A stretch of DNA of 64,000 nt from a virus (IMGVR_UViG_3300015607_004069:117659-181658); one strand, 5' to 3'. Counted from the stretch's first letter, positions 1 through 9,937 are shown. Notes: generated from the letters alone by a model not told the origin. Numbers and translations: made by a program.

Positions 1-19
1 AAAGGCTAGAATAGCTGAA

Positions 20-343
20 ATGAAACAAGAGGCTGCTGATAGTGGCCATATCTCTAAGCAGTCCATTATCGAATACGCTATCTGTGGTGCTGTTAATGCC
101 TATACTACTGCCATGATAAGAAAGGATGAATTAAAAATATCGGCAAGACTGGTAAATTCGGCGATTGACTCATCAGTCAGCGCATACGTCGCCACCATTT
201 ATCCCGATTTTATCTATGAAGCATTTAATTTAAAGATGGTGAGTGCAAAAGAGCAAGTCGATGCTTGCGAACTGGCTCGTAACATAGAAATATGTCAGAT
301 ATTGCGTTCTATTATTCCGCAACCATTCATTAAATATGAGTAA
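20..343 (+). CDS. hypothetical protein
   Basis: 107-aa ORF ending 2 nt before the next gene; no recognised motif. Confidence 0.55.
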   Translation: MKQEAADSGHISKQSIIEYAICGAVNAYTTAMIRKDELKISARLVNSAIDSSVSAYVATIYPDFIYEAFNLKMVSAKEQVDACELARNIEICQILRSIIPQPFIKYE

Positions 344-345
344 TT

Positions 346-3300
346 ATGCCAACAGACGTATACAATTCATCTACAACATGGGTCTGTCCAACCGGTGTAA
401 CATCTGTTGATGTAGAATGCTGGGGCGGTGGTGGTGCTGCTGGTGCTCCTACTACTAAAGGCACTACTGGTGCCGGTGGTGGTGGAGCCTACAGTAAGAA
501 GCTAGCTATTTCGGTGACACCCGGAAATAGCTACACAGTCACAGTTGGGGTTGGGGGTGATGGCGATACATTTACGCCCGGTGGTGACAGCTGGTTCAGC
601 ACCAGCGGCACGGTCCTAGCTAAAGGTGGAACAAACGGTGATGATACTGGCACAACATTATTAGGAGGTGCTGGTGGTCTTGCCTCAGGTGGTGTCGGTG
701 ATACTAAATATTCTGGTGGTAATGGTGGCAATGGAAGTAATGATAAAGACATAGGCGGTCCCGGTGGAGGAAGCTCTGCTGGCACCGGTGCCAATGGAAA
801 TAATGGTGCAAACGGCGCTGCTGCTGGCGTTATTGGTTCAGGCGGTGCCGCTCCGACCGGTGGTGGCAAGGGTGGCGACGGTGGTCGATCTGATGCTTCA
901 ATAATCGCGGAAAATGGATCAGCGCCTGGCGGTGGCGGTGGTGGCGGCGACGGCGGAGTCTCGAACAATGGCAGTGGAGCTAATGGTCGAGTTTCTATCA
1001 CTTATATTGCGGCACCACAGGTAACAGTTAGTGATTCCATTGGTTCTCAAACAGCAACCTCTAGATTGTCGAATGCTTTTCGATCTATCGCAGAATTATT
1101 AATATCATCTGATTTTGCTAATGGTGGCATCCAAGCAATCATAAATTATCGATTCAATTATCGCGGAGACATTCGTAGATTATGGAATATTTCGTTCTTA
1201 TTAATAGATGACGATTATATGATGCCCACGGCAGGTGGGGCATCAGGAGGTGTTTTCAATGTCAATACATCAGATAGTCTAGCCTTCACTGACAATTTTT
1301 CCAGATTAGTTCTTCTTTACAGAGTATTTATCGATAATTTGGCTTTTGTCGATAATATTTCTAGGTTAACTGTTAGCTATAGAACATTCGCTGACAATCT
1401 TGCATTGGCTGAATCGGTAAAGACTACCACCAATTATTTCAGATCTGCTTTTGATAACTTGGGCCATACGGAAACAGTTCGCAAATTAGCCAACGTCTCT
1501 CGGTCTATTCTTGACAATATAGCTCTTTCTGATCGCGATCTGTTGTCTCAAGGTATGCTTGGCAACATGCTGGGCGAGATGCTTGGCGACATGCTAGGTG
1601 GCACCTCCTATGCCCCTAGTGTATTTATAAAGACTAGCTATTTTAGGTCATTAACTGATTCATTAGGCGAACAAGATTCTGTCAGCAGGCTGATTGCCGT
1701 TTACCGCTTTATAGCCGAATCAATAGCCTTGATTGATCAAGTATCAAGAAGTCAGCAATTTGCTACAACAATTTCTGACAATTTAGGTGAGCAAGACGCA
1801 GTCAGCAGAATTGTTTCTTATCTTAGATCTATCATTGATAATTTGGGGTTGTCTGATTTTGCTACAGCCGTTATTCAATTTAGTAGTACAACCTATAATG
1901 TTTCAGTTATTGATTCATTAGCATTTAGTGATCTAATTGTCAGGATGGTGACTGCCTTCAGATTTACTTCTGATTTGCTGGTTCAAATCGACACTACAGG
2001 CAGGCTCGTTAATGCTTTCAGGTCTGTCTCTGACGTATTGGCTGAAATCGATGCGACCAACAGATTTGTCAATACCTTTAGATCAGTATTTGATAATATT
2101 AATGCTCAAGATGCAACTGCTAGAATACTAAATGCCTTAAGATCTGTATCTGATAGCATTGGCATTCAGGATACGACCAGCAAGCTATTAACAGCCTTCA
2201 GAACTTTATCTGATAATATTAGATTTCAAGATGCGTCTAGTCGATTAGCCAATGCTTTTAGGTCGATTGCTGATGATATAGATGTGCAGGATATCACTAG
2301 TCGTTTAGCTAATACTCTCAGACGATTTGCCGATAATCTTGGTATTCAAGATGCTACCAATGCTGGCGTTGCCAGATTATATAATATTCTGACTTCCGAC
2401 AATTTAGGTGAACAGGATGCATTTTATCGTCTGGCAAATGCAGCTAGAACCATCGCCGATGGTTTAGTGTCAACCGATCAGGCATCAAGGCTGGTAGCAT
2501 CGGCGCGGCTTTTGTTAGATTTATTGGCTGAATCTGATTCTACACAGACTTTGACGAACTCCTTTAGATCGCTGGTTGACAATTTAAATGTCATTGATAA
2601 TGTGTTTCGAAAGTCAGACGCTCTTAGGTTATCATCGTCGAATCTCGGATCTGCCGATCTAGTAACGCGATCTACTTCTGTCTTCAGATCTATTACTGAT
2701 TCGATAATCATATCTGATTTGGCATTGGTAAAATCGACCTTATCCAGATTAGTGTCTGATAATGTAGCTGAGCAGGACTCTACTTCTAGAATCGTTCTGG
2801 TTGAAAGAAGGTTAAGCGATCTTATAGTAGAGACTGATGCTGCGACACGTCAAGCCAATACAGCTCGTTCTACTTCTGATTTCATAGCAGAAACCGATAC
2901 TATAACACGTAAATCTGATGCTGCTCGATTGGCTTCAGACTTCCTAGTAGAAACTGACGCTGCTTCGCGTAAAGCTGACGCTTTCAGATCTGTTTCTGAT
3001 GTTTTGGGTATTCGTGATAGTGTTGATAGATTATCTAATGCTTTAAGATCTATTTCTGATCTTCTTCGTATTATTGATATAGCTACGCCTTTAGGCACTT
3101 TTACATTATCTATTTCAGTACAGGAATCTCTCGGTTTAACCGACAGCGTTTCCAGAAGGGTTAATGCTCTAAGATTGCTCTCTGATAGCATCGGTGTGGC
3201 TGATACCACTAAGACGATTTCTGCTATTTTTAGACTCACTTCTGATATTATCGGTTTGACTGATTCATTGAGTCGTGTAGCCACTAGTTTCAGAGCTGTC

Positions 3301-4134
3301 AGTGATTCGATTCGTATCACCGATTCTGCCAATACATCTGTTGTTTATTCAAGATTAATCAATGAACAAATTGGTCTGTTTAATGCGTTTAGTAGACTCG
3401 TCCAATCATTTAGATCGGTATCTGACAATTTTGCGTTGACTGATGTACTTAATAGGCAGCTGGCACTCAGAATTTCACTTAGCGAAATTCTAGGCGTAGC
3501 CGATAATATTCTGAATAAGACGCTGCTCTTTAGGCTGATGTCCGATCTCATAGCGGAAAGCGACTCAGTTTCGAAGAGAATAGATGCTCGAAGATCGGTT
3601 CAAGACAATCTAGCGTTGTCTACTAATACATCTAGAATAGCCAACGCATTTAGAGCTATAAGCGATCAATTGTCAGAAACTGATGCGGTATCAAAAGCAG
3701 TCAGTTACAACAAATTGATTTCAGAACTGATAAAAGCTGCTGACAATATACTGATTCAAACTAATACCAGACGATCAGTATCTGACTCAGTTTCTATGGT
3801 TGATCTGACTGGGATTTTCTTATCTGTCAGAAGAGCAATTGTAGAGTCGATTGGTGTTTCTGATTCGACGTTTAGAGTTTCAAACGCTATCAGATCCATA
3901 TTTGATACTATTAACATCACCGATAGTGTTAGTAAGTCAATTCATATTGGCAGATTGGCTGTCGATAATATTGGTCTGTTGACAGAGGTCTATAAAACTG
4001 CAGAATACCATCGCTTGATGAGCAGTATGATAGGGATTGAAGATGAAATGTTTACGGAAGTGATAAATCTGTCATTAGCAGTTGGCGTGTTTTATATTCT
4101 TGACACCCCTGATGCTTGGGGAGGTCTTTTCTAA
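346..4134 (+). CDS. virion structural/tail-associated protein: N-terminal glycine-rich domain plus long array of ~20-aa repeats
   Basis: N-terminus WVCPTGVTSVDVECWGGGGA...GGGGAYSKK...VTPGNSYTVTVG is a typical phage Gly-rich domain; the rest is 20-aa repeats such as FRSVSDVLAEIDATNRFVNT/FRSVFDNINAQDATARILNA. Confidence 0.75.
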   Translation: MPTDVYNSSTTWVCPTGVTSVDVECWGGGGAAGAPTTKGTTGAGGGGAYSKKLAISVTPGNSYTVTVGVGGDGDTFTPGGDSWFSTSGTVLAKGGTNGDDTGTTLLGGAGGLASGGVGDTKYSGGNGGNGSNDKDIGGPGGGSSAGTGANGNNGANGAAAGVIGSGGAAPTGGGKGGDGGRSDASIIAENGSAPGGGGGGGDGGVSNNGSGANGRVSITYIAAPQVTVSDSIGSQTATSRLSNAFRSIAELLISSDFANGGIQAIINYRFNYRGDIRRLWNISFLLIDDDYMMPTAGGASGGVFNVNTSDSLAFTDNFSRLVLLYRVFIDNLAFVDNISRLTVSYRTFADNLALAESVKTTTNYFRSAFDNLGHTETVRKLANVSRSILDNIALSDRDLLSQGMLGNMLGEMLGDMLGGTSYAPSVFIKTSYFRSLTDSLGEQDSVSRLIAVYRFIAESIALIDQVSRSQQFATTISDNLGEQDAVSRIVSYLRSIIDNLGLSDFATAVIQFSSTTYNVSVIDSLAFSDLIVRMVTAFRFTSDLLVQIDTTGRLVNAFRSVSDVLAEIDATNRFVNTFRSVFDNINAQDATARILNALRSVSDSIGIQDTTSKLLTAFRTLSDNIRFQDASSRLANAFRSIADDIDVQDITSRLANTLRRFADNLGIQDATNAGVARLYNILTSDNLGEQDAFYRLANAARTIADGLVSTDQASRLVASARLLLDLLAESDSTQTLTNSFRSLVDNLNVIDNVFRKSDALRLSSSNLGSADLVTRSTSVFRSITDSIIISDLALVKSTLSRLVSDNVAEQDSTSRIVLVERRLSDLIVETDAATRQANTARSTSDFIAETDTITRKSDAARLASDFLVETDAASRKADAFRSVSDVLGIRDSVDRLSNALRSISDLLRIIDIATPLGTFTLSISVQESLGLTDSVSRRVNALRLLSDSIGVADTTKTISAIFRLTSDIIGLTDSLSRVATSFRAVSDSIRITDSANTSVVYSRLINEQIGLFNAFSRLVQSFRSVSDNFALTDVLNRQLALRISLSEILGVADNILNKTLLFRLMSDLIAESDSVSKRIDARRSVQDNLALSTNTSRIANAFRAISDQLSETDAVSKAVSYNKLISELIKAADNILIQTNTRRSVSDSVSMVDLTGIFLSVRRAIVESIGVSDSTFRVSNAIRSIFDTINITDSVSKSIHIGRLAVDNIGLLTEVYKTAEYHRLMSSMIGIEDEMFTEVINLSLAVGVFYILDTPDAWGGLF
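1552..1599 (+). repeat. 12-bp tandem repeat encoding (MLGx)4
   Basis: ggtatgcttggcaacatgctgggcgagatgcttggcgacatgctaggt = GMLGNMLGEMLGDMLG. Confidence 0.8.
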
Positions 4135-4143
4135 AAATAATTT

Positions 4144-4614
4144 ATGAAGATCATAAATTCACAAAGTCTGTCGAATGTCAATATATCGTCACTGGCAACA
4201 GTGTATAGTTATACTATTACAGAGACACTGTTGGTGGTGATTGATATTATCTTGGATGGTGTGTCGGCCAATGCCGATTATGATTTTCAATTTTTCAGCG
4301 ACAATGCCATGATATTGCCTTCTAGAAATATACCCATACCAGCCGGAGTCACTAAAGCCAATATTCAAAGTAGAAGCTTAATGGTCAGAGCTAATACTGC
4401 TTTGACCTTAAAAATTAGTGGTGCACCATCGGATACTAGTGTAAATATCCTAGTTAATCTTATTAATGCCAGCCCAATTGAAGCAGATGATGTTGTGACC
4501 ACCATAGAACCCGGTGTCACCGATGCTATTACAGAAGGTCTGGCACAGACCGAAATCAGGCCGACTAGGACTATACTCGGACCATGTAGAGCCGAAGATT
4601 GCGAGGATGAATAA
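4144..4614 (+). CDS. hypothetical protein, likely virion-associated
   Basis: beta-strand-rich 156-aa ORF tightly coupled in the structural operon. Confidence 0.65.
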   Translation: MKIINSQSLSNVNISSLATVYSYTITETLLVVIDIILDGVSANADYDFQFFSDNAMILPSRNIPIPAGVTKANIQSRSLMVRANTALTLKISGAPSDTSVNILVNLINASPIEADDVVTTIEPGVTDAITEGLAQTEIRPTRTILGPCRAEDCEDE

Positions 4615-4844
4615 TGAATTTGATGGAAATGCTGCTGGATGCCATCAAATCTTGGCACGTAGACCCAAAGGCTACAGCTAAAAAGTTACGTGGCGTAGCA
4701 GAGAAGATCATTTCTATTTCGGAAAAGTTAGAAATGCAGGGTCAAGAAAATCCATGGATGTCAGATGGCGGATTAGGAGACAAAGTCCTAATCAATGTTG
4801 TTGGTCCAGATGGCTCTACTAAACAGACTGTTACACAGGGGTAA
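4614..4844 (+). CDS. hypothetical protein with C-terminal VVGPDG motif
   Basis: TAATG stop/start overlap; shares VVGPDG with the next gene. Confidence 0.65.
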   Translation: MNLMEMLLDAIKSWHVDPKATAKKLRGVAEKIISISEKLEMQGQENPWMSDGGLGDKVLINVVGPDGSTKQTVTQG

Positions 4845-4850
4845 GGAACA

Positions 4851-5402
4851 ATGAGTGATCTTCTCAGAGGCATAACCAGAGCAGGTCATGCTGATTTCAA
4901 AAATCCGCAACCACATGCTGCACCCGGTTTTCGAAACCGAGTAAGATTACAAGTTGTCGGTCCAGATGGTAAAGTCAAGAAGACTACACCATGGGTCGAG
5001 AACATCATGTGCACATTCGGCTTGGCCAGTCTTGCATCTATGGTCGGCTCTGGTGCTGGTGTCAATGCCTCCACTCTAATTTCTGCTTGCAAGATTGGTA
5101 CTGGTAACACCGGTGCCACCTCGAATGATACCTCACTGGCCAATTCCACAGGCTCCGTGGTCATCACAGCCGCATCTATGACCAAGACTAATCTTGGCAA
5201 CAGAACAGTTGAATATCAGCATACTTTCGCTTCCAACAATCCAGCCGGTGCTGCTCAAATTCAAGAAGTGGGCCTTTTCTGTAATAGCACAGCAGACAGC
5301 CAGCTCGCCGCACGAACAGTGCTTACAGGAGCAAATAGCGTCAATAAGGGAGCGAGCGACGTAATCAACCTTTCGTACCAAATCATTTTTACCACAGGCT
5401 AA
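4851..5402 (+). CDS. phage tail/baseplate-associated structural protein
   Basis: pattern EN...G....IGTG......DTSL...IQEVGLF......LAART.....VNK...D.INLSYQI is common in phage tail modules; RBS aaggaaca. Confidence 0.7.
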   Translation: MSDLLRGITRAGHADFKNPQPHAAPGFRNRVRLQVVGPDGKVKKTTPWVENIMCTFGLASLASMVGSGAGVNASTLISACKIGTGNTGATSNDTSLANSTGSVVITAASMTKTNLGNRTVEYQHTFASNNPAGAAQIQEVGLFCNSTADSQLAARTVLTGANSVNKGASDVINLSYQIIFTTG

Positions 5403-5424
5403 TCCTAATAATTAAAACCAAAAT

Positions 5425-5457
5425 GCGATAGCCGAGAATAATTCTCTCGGCTATCGC
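5425..5457 (+). terminator. hairpin closing the structural operon
   Basis: gcgatagccgaga-ataattc-tctcggctatcgc, perfect 13-bp stem. Confidence 0.7.
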
Positions 5458-5651
5458 TGTATATGGTATTAACCAGAATGAGTGAATTAGCGGCGTTGGA
5501 CACTGACACGCAAGCAGTTGGGGAAGAAAGCTCACCGATAAGACCATGCTGACCAAGTGGAGAGCGATAGGTCTAGCAGGTGGAATTCCTGCCTAATTCA
5601 CTTTTGGAGTTCATCGTGATTCGCCGCTACTTCTCGGTTATCGCTGTATAT
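5445..5651 (+). repeat. 20-bp direct repeat pair (5445-5464 and 5632-5651) flanking the tRNA-like RNA
   Basis: tctcggctatcgctgtatat vs tctcggttatcgctgtatat, 19/20 identical. Confidence 0.85.
5481..5602 (+). ncRNA. tRNA-like non-coding RNA with non-canonical central arms
   Basis: terminal stem AGTGAATTAG/CTAATTCACT, D-like arm GCGT-11nt-ACGC, T-like arm GCAGG-TGGAATT-CCTGC, extra stem AGACC/GGTCT; no clear 7-nt anticodon loop. Confidence 0.6.
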
Positions 5652-5921
5652 TTACCCTACTCGCATCAGTTGCTTTAAATTTAGTTTATCAGAAGTGAGG
5701 TCTGGATTGCTCAATACCAATTTAAGCTCCTCATAACCAGATATCATCTCTATCTGCAGCTCCATATCAAGTATTTTCACGACTCTGGGAAACTCTGCAC
5801 TGTTTATTACAATCTTCTCGTTGTTTATAGCAATGTATGGAAATTTGTTTTTATCTAATTTGATGCGGCAATATTCACACTTGTTATCATGTGTTACCTT
5901 CAAGATCGTATTTGTCTTCAT
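5652..5921 (-). CDS. hypothetical protein
   Basis: 89-aa ORF with CxxC. Confidence 0.5.
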   Translation of the reverse strand: MKTNTILKVTHDNKCEYCRIKLDKNKFPYIAINNEKIVINSAEFPRVVKILDMELQIEMISGYEELKLVLSNPDLTSDKLNLKQLMRVG

Positions 5922-6013
5922 GATCTTATCTCTACAAGCATAGGTTGATAATAATCCTCGGCCATCATTATATTTAGTATTAATGAAGCGTGCATTTTGT
6001 ATTAGGAATTACT

Positions 6014-6238
6014 ATGAGCAATATCGGTCGGCTGTTGTTTAATGATGGTAATTCAAATACCAATAGCAATTATCGAACTTGGCGTATTGAAGCAGAAGGC
6101 TATGACTGGTTGATTATTCGAAGATCTGGCGATTTCAATTATCTGCCTGAATTGATCACGTTTAATGATTCCGACTCATTACATCGCCAAGAAATTATAG
6201 ATAAATGGGCCATTCCACCGTCTACAAATTTGATTTGA
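6014..6238 (+). CDS. hypothetical protein
   Basis: ATG after aggaatt RBS. Confidence 0.5.
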   Translation: MSNIGRLLFNDGNSNTNSNYRTWRIEAEGYDWLIIRRSGDFNYLPELITFNDSDSLHRQEIIDKWAIPPSTNLI

Positions 6239-6313
6239 TACTATTTTCGAGCCTTTCCTTTTGATTTTTCTGGGTTCAGAAGCCTTTAAAAGGCCTATGT
6301 GATTTTCTGTCGC

Positions 6314-6715
6314 CTATAACTTAAGTCTGAAAACTTGGCCATGTTCGTCATTGTATAATTCAGCGCCGATCTTTTTCCAGATCTTACTAGTCTGTTCTTT
6401 TCTGTTAGTGTCAGATCTTAATTCTTTAAGATTCAAATTTCTTGCTATATCTATTAACTTTTTGTATAGTGTAGATGCAAACCCTTTACCTTGATATTGA
6501 CTTGCAGTTTTCAGGTCTGATGTGTAACCAATTCCATTCAATGTAGTCAATGTGGTTGATGAAATAGTTCGTTCATTATATTTCAAGCTTACTTCATAAG
6601 TATTGATCGTTCCGGGGCCACAATCGTATTTTGCAGCATCACAAGTGTTAGTTAACTTGACATCTATGGTCAAATCAGACAATATATTATCAGCATTGAT
6701 ATCTGATAAACGCAT
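6314..6715 (-). CDS. GNAT-family acetyltransferase
   Basis: acetyl-CoA motif YQGKGFASTLY and C-terminal SKIWKKIG. Confidence 0.75.
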   Translation of the reverse strand: MRLSDINADNILSDLTIDVKLTNTCDAAKYDCGPGTINTYEVSLKYNERTISSTTLTTLNGIGYTSDLKTASQYQGKGFASTLYKKLIDIARNLNLKELRSDTNRKEQTSKIWKKIGAELYNDEHGQVFRLKL

Positions 6716-6793
6716 ATGTCATTCTCTCCGATTCTGATAAATATTTATCGAAAGACAACAGCCCATATTAGATTCATGCTGCGGAGCACCGTC

Positions 6794-7096
6794 ATGGTTA
6801 CAGTCAAGGAAGAGTCATATGGTTATCGAATAAAATGCAAACCCTGTGGCTATCATTATATTCCAAAAATAGGTAAGCCCGGTGCTAGCTGGTCATTTAA
6901 TAAAAACTTTGAAAAACCAACTTTCACACCATCAGTCAATGAATCGCAGACCTATGAGAATAAAGTCATAAAAAGATGCCATTATGTTTTAACTGATGGT
7001 ATTATGCATTATTGCTCAGATTGCATGCATGAATTAGCTGGGAGGTCTGTGGCTTTAGAACCGTACACTGAAGAAGAATTAAATAGGCCAGAATAA
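6794..7096 (+). CDS. DUF6527-like Cys/His metal-binding protein
   Basis: CxxCxxH...WSFN...PTFTPSV...RCHYVLTDG...YCSDCMHELAG pattern; start moved to ATG after ggag. Confidence 0.7.
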   Translation: MVTVKEESYGYRIKCKPCGYHYIPKIGKPGASWSFNKNFEKPTFTPSVNESQTYENKVIKRCHYVLTDGIMHYCSDCMHELAGRSVALEPYTEEELNRPE

Positions 7097-7159
7097 TTTC
7101 TGCTAACATTTCTTTCCAACAGTATTTCAAATCAGTCACCTACCACAGGAACTTCTGAT

Positions 7160-7453
7160 ATGGTTATCGCAAGCAAGGTCAGTGAGCAATTGACTACTCT
7201 TTTTATTGGCTTGAACGCCGAAGACATCAGAAAGCTTCAAGGCAATACGCCTGTCATGCTCTATCCTGATTCATATTCTGGCTTGCCCAAACAGCTGGCT
7301 GTGGCTATGGTTGGTGGATTAAGTGATCAGGCCATTGTTGACAGTATGATAAAAGCTGGCCTAATTGATCAATCCACTAACATCGACAGAGTGAAAGACA
7401 AGCCTCATGAATCTCAAAATCAAGATGCCAACAGTCAAACTGATAGAATATAA
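7160..7453 (+). CDS. hypothetical protein
   Basis: 97-aa ORF with RBS agga. Confidence 0.6.
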   Translation: MVIASKVSEQLTTLFIGLNAEDIRKLQGNTPVMLYPDSYSGLPKQLAVAMVGGLSDQAIVDSMIKAGLIDQSTNIDRVKDKPHESQNQDANSQTDRI

Positions 7454-9068
7454 GAATTTGCAGGAGTTTGATAAAAGAGGAATCAACATCGGTGTAAGAG
7501 ACGATAAATATTTCACCATTGAATTGGATCAGTTAGACGAAGATCAGTTAAATAGACTTCAAAAAGTATTAGAAAAGCATGCTAAGGACCCTAAAGTTGT
7601 TCCTGTATTGCGTGATTTCAAGCTTTATTTGAATATTGACAAACTGTGCGGCAGTGCCAAATCCACAACTGTCAGCCAATTCTGTGATCTGTTAACGGCT
7701 ACATTACTCAACTTGCCCGGTCACAGGATTTATGAAAGAGATAAAAACACTGGAATGTGGTCCGCCTACTTTGTGCAGTCAGTGAGATATGATGATGGCG
7801 AATCCTTTCGTCAGAAATCCCAGCCGACTACAGAAGTCAAACTGGTCTATCGTGAATTCGGCATGGATTGTACCACGTCTATAACATTCGATTCCAAGGA
7901 ATGCTGTTATATGACCATCAGCGAGGCTCTGAATAAGGCCGGTTATTACCTTGAAACGCCAGAATTACGAAAAGAGTACCTTGAATTTAAAAGCAAATTT
8001 GAGGTCATAGCAGAAGATATTGGTGCCCCATATTTGGCCGATGGGTACGGCTGCACTTTAGACAACTGGCGACATTCCTATATTCCTTTCGCTATGGAAG
8101 GTCAGAAATCGAAAGTCATCTTAGATGTCTTCTTTGAAGTACCACCTACCAAGGAACCTAAGAAATACCAAATAGATTTCTGGTGGAATAAGAAGACTAA
8201 GAGTGAACAGGTCGAGCCAAGTCGAGAGTATAGAGATTCCATTGAAATTCCAACCCATTTCAATGTGATTGTGTTTGATCTAGCCCGATCTGATCGGTTT
8301 AAAACACACATCAATAATCTGACAAAATACAAATTCGATTCGAAGGCTTCAAAGAGGTTGGTGTTACCAGCAGAACAACGGAAATTAATCGACCTGTTGA
8401 TTTCCAAAGACACGAACGCCTTCAAGGATATCGTTTCTGGCAAGTCGGGCGGGACAGTGATGGCCTTGTGTGGCGATGCCGGATTGGGCAAAACATTGAC
8501 TTGTGAGGTAGTTGCTGAATCAGTCCAGAGAGTCTTATACAGTGTTCAATGCTCGCAATTGGGTGTTGAACCGGAGGATCTGGAAAAGAATCTGAGGCTC
8601 GTCTTTGATCGTGCCCACCGCTGGAATGCTATCATACTACTTGATGAAGCTGATGTCTACGTTCAAAAACGTGGTGACAGCCTCAATCTGAATGCTATTG
8701 TTGGTGTATTCCTGAGACTATTAGAATATCATTCTGGCATCATGTTTCTCACTACAAACAGGGCCAGTGATATTGATGATGCCGTTCTTAGTCGATGCGT
8801 GGCTAGAATTGATTATCGCATGCCACAGGCTCAGGAACGTCATGATATCTGGATGTCTCTAATAGGGTCCAATAAGCTGACCATTTCACCAGATGACCTA
8901 GCCAAGCTAGTTGAACTGTCTGATGGAATGAGCGGACGTGACATCAAGAACGTCCTAAGACTAGCACTTTTGTTTAACCCAAAACTCACACCAGAAAGCG
9001 TAGAATATGTCAAGCAATTCAAACCAACGATCACCAAGAGAACGAATAAAGATCGCTTGCATGTCTGA
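7407..9068 (+). CDS. AAA+ ATPase
   Basis: Walker A GDAGLGKT, Walker B ILLDEAD, sensor FLTTNR, Arg finger DDAVLSR, SGRDIKN. Confidence 0.9.
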   Translation: MNLKIKMPTVKLIEYKNLQEFDKRGINIGVRDDKYFTIELDQLDEDQLNRLQKVLEKHAKDPKVVPVLRDFKLYLNIDKLCGSAKSTTVSQFCDLLTATLLNLPGHRIYERDKNTGMWSAYFVQSVRYDDGESFRQKSQPTTEVKLVYREFGMDCTTSITFDSKECCYMTISEALNKAGYYLETPELRKEYLEFKSKFEVIAEDIGAPYLADGYGCTLDNWRHSYIPFAMEGQKSKVILDVFFEVPPTKEPKKYQIDFWWNKKTKSEQVEPSREYRDSIEIPTHFNVIVFDLARSDRFKTHINNLTKYKFDSKASKRLVLPAEQRKLIDLLISKDTNAFKDIVSGKSGGTVMALCGDAGLGKTLTCEVVAESVQRVLYSVQCSQLGVEPEDLEKNLRLVFDRAHRWNAIILLDEADVYVQKRGDSLNLNAIVGVFLRLLEYHSGIMFLTTNRASDIDDAVLSRCVARIDYRMPQAQERHDIWMSLIGSNKLTISPDDLAKLVELSDGMSGRDIKNVLRLALLFNPKLTPESVEYVKQFKPTITKRTNKDRLHV

Positions 9069-9708
9069 TCTCCATGGGTATCTGATTGAGCATGATCTTA
9101 TTCCAGATTGTGACCTACTTATTCTAGCAGGCGATCTGTGCTATCACCATGACGATTATGGTTGGTATATTCGTGATTTTGGAAGATGGCTTGAGAAGCT
9201 ATCCAGACGAATGAAAATCATAGGAGTAGCAGGCAATCATGATTTCATGTTTCAGAATATCAATGAATGTGACCCTGAATATGTTGATCTTGTAAAGGCA
9301 TTGCCATGGACCTACTTGCAGGACGGTGGTACCACCTTTAAAGGATGGAATATCTATGGCACACCATGGCAACCGACATTCTATTCGTGGGCTTTTAATG
9401 CTGAAGAAGACGAATTGGCTAAGAAATGGGCTAAAATTCCTGAAGAAACTAGTATTTTAGTCCTGCATGGACCGCCTTTTGGATTTGGCGATATTAATCC
9501 GAAAGGTGAGCATGTCGGCTCGCGAACTTTGGAACATAAGATAGCTCAATTACATCGTCATTTGAAGCTGGCTGTTTTTGGCCATATCCACTCCGGACAC
9601 GGCACATACAGGCATTCATCGGGTACACTGCTAATAAACGCCTCTTTGGTCGATGAAAAATATCGTTTGGTCAACGGTCCGACTGTTGTTGAGTTGTCAG
9701 GGGAATAA
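9007..9708 (+). CDS. metallophosphoesterase (calcineurin-like)
   Basis: SDLHG, AGD, GNHD, HGPP, GHIH motifs; exact start uncertain. Confidence 0.9.
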   Translation: MSSNSNQRSPRERIKIACMSDLHGYLIEHDLIPDCDLLILAGDLCYHHDDYGWYIRDFGRWLEKLSRRMKIIGVAGNHDFMFQNINECDPEYVDLVKALPWTYLQDGGTTFKGWNIYGTPWQPTFYSWAFNAEEDELAKKWAKIPEETSILVLHGPPFGFGDINPKGEHVGSRTLEHKIAQLHRHLKLAVFGHIHSGHGTYRHSSGTLLINASLVDEKYRLVNGPTVVELSGE

Positions 9709-9709
9709 A

Positions 9710-9937
9710 ATGGGGCCTATTATCGTTAACGCATCCGGACAAGCTGATGTTCGTTGTGCCTACTGTAAGAAGCCAATCACTAAAAGGCAGTGGATTGGCT
9801 TTATTGATAGTTCCAGACAGTGCAGCCGCCTGTGGTGCAGGCTCTGGTCTGGTCATTGGCTCTGGATGAACTTCAGAAGACGAATCGTATGGGAAAAGAA
9901 GACATTTTCGATTAATTATCCGACTATCAGACGTTAG
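9710..9937 (+). CDS. hypothetical Cys/Trp-rich protein
   Basis: CxxC..CxxxxC; follows previous stop. Confidence 0.45.
   Translation: MGPIIVNASGQADVRCAYCKKPITKRQWIGFIDSSRQCSRLWCRLWSGHWLWMNFRRRIVWEKKTFSINYPTIRR

Noticed and set aside
531-3551. Antisense ORFs inside the large structural gene, including a Pro-rich 156-aa ORF
   Set aside because: They mirror Gly codons and repeat codon bias of the real gene.
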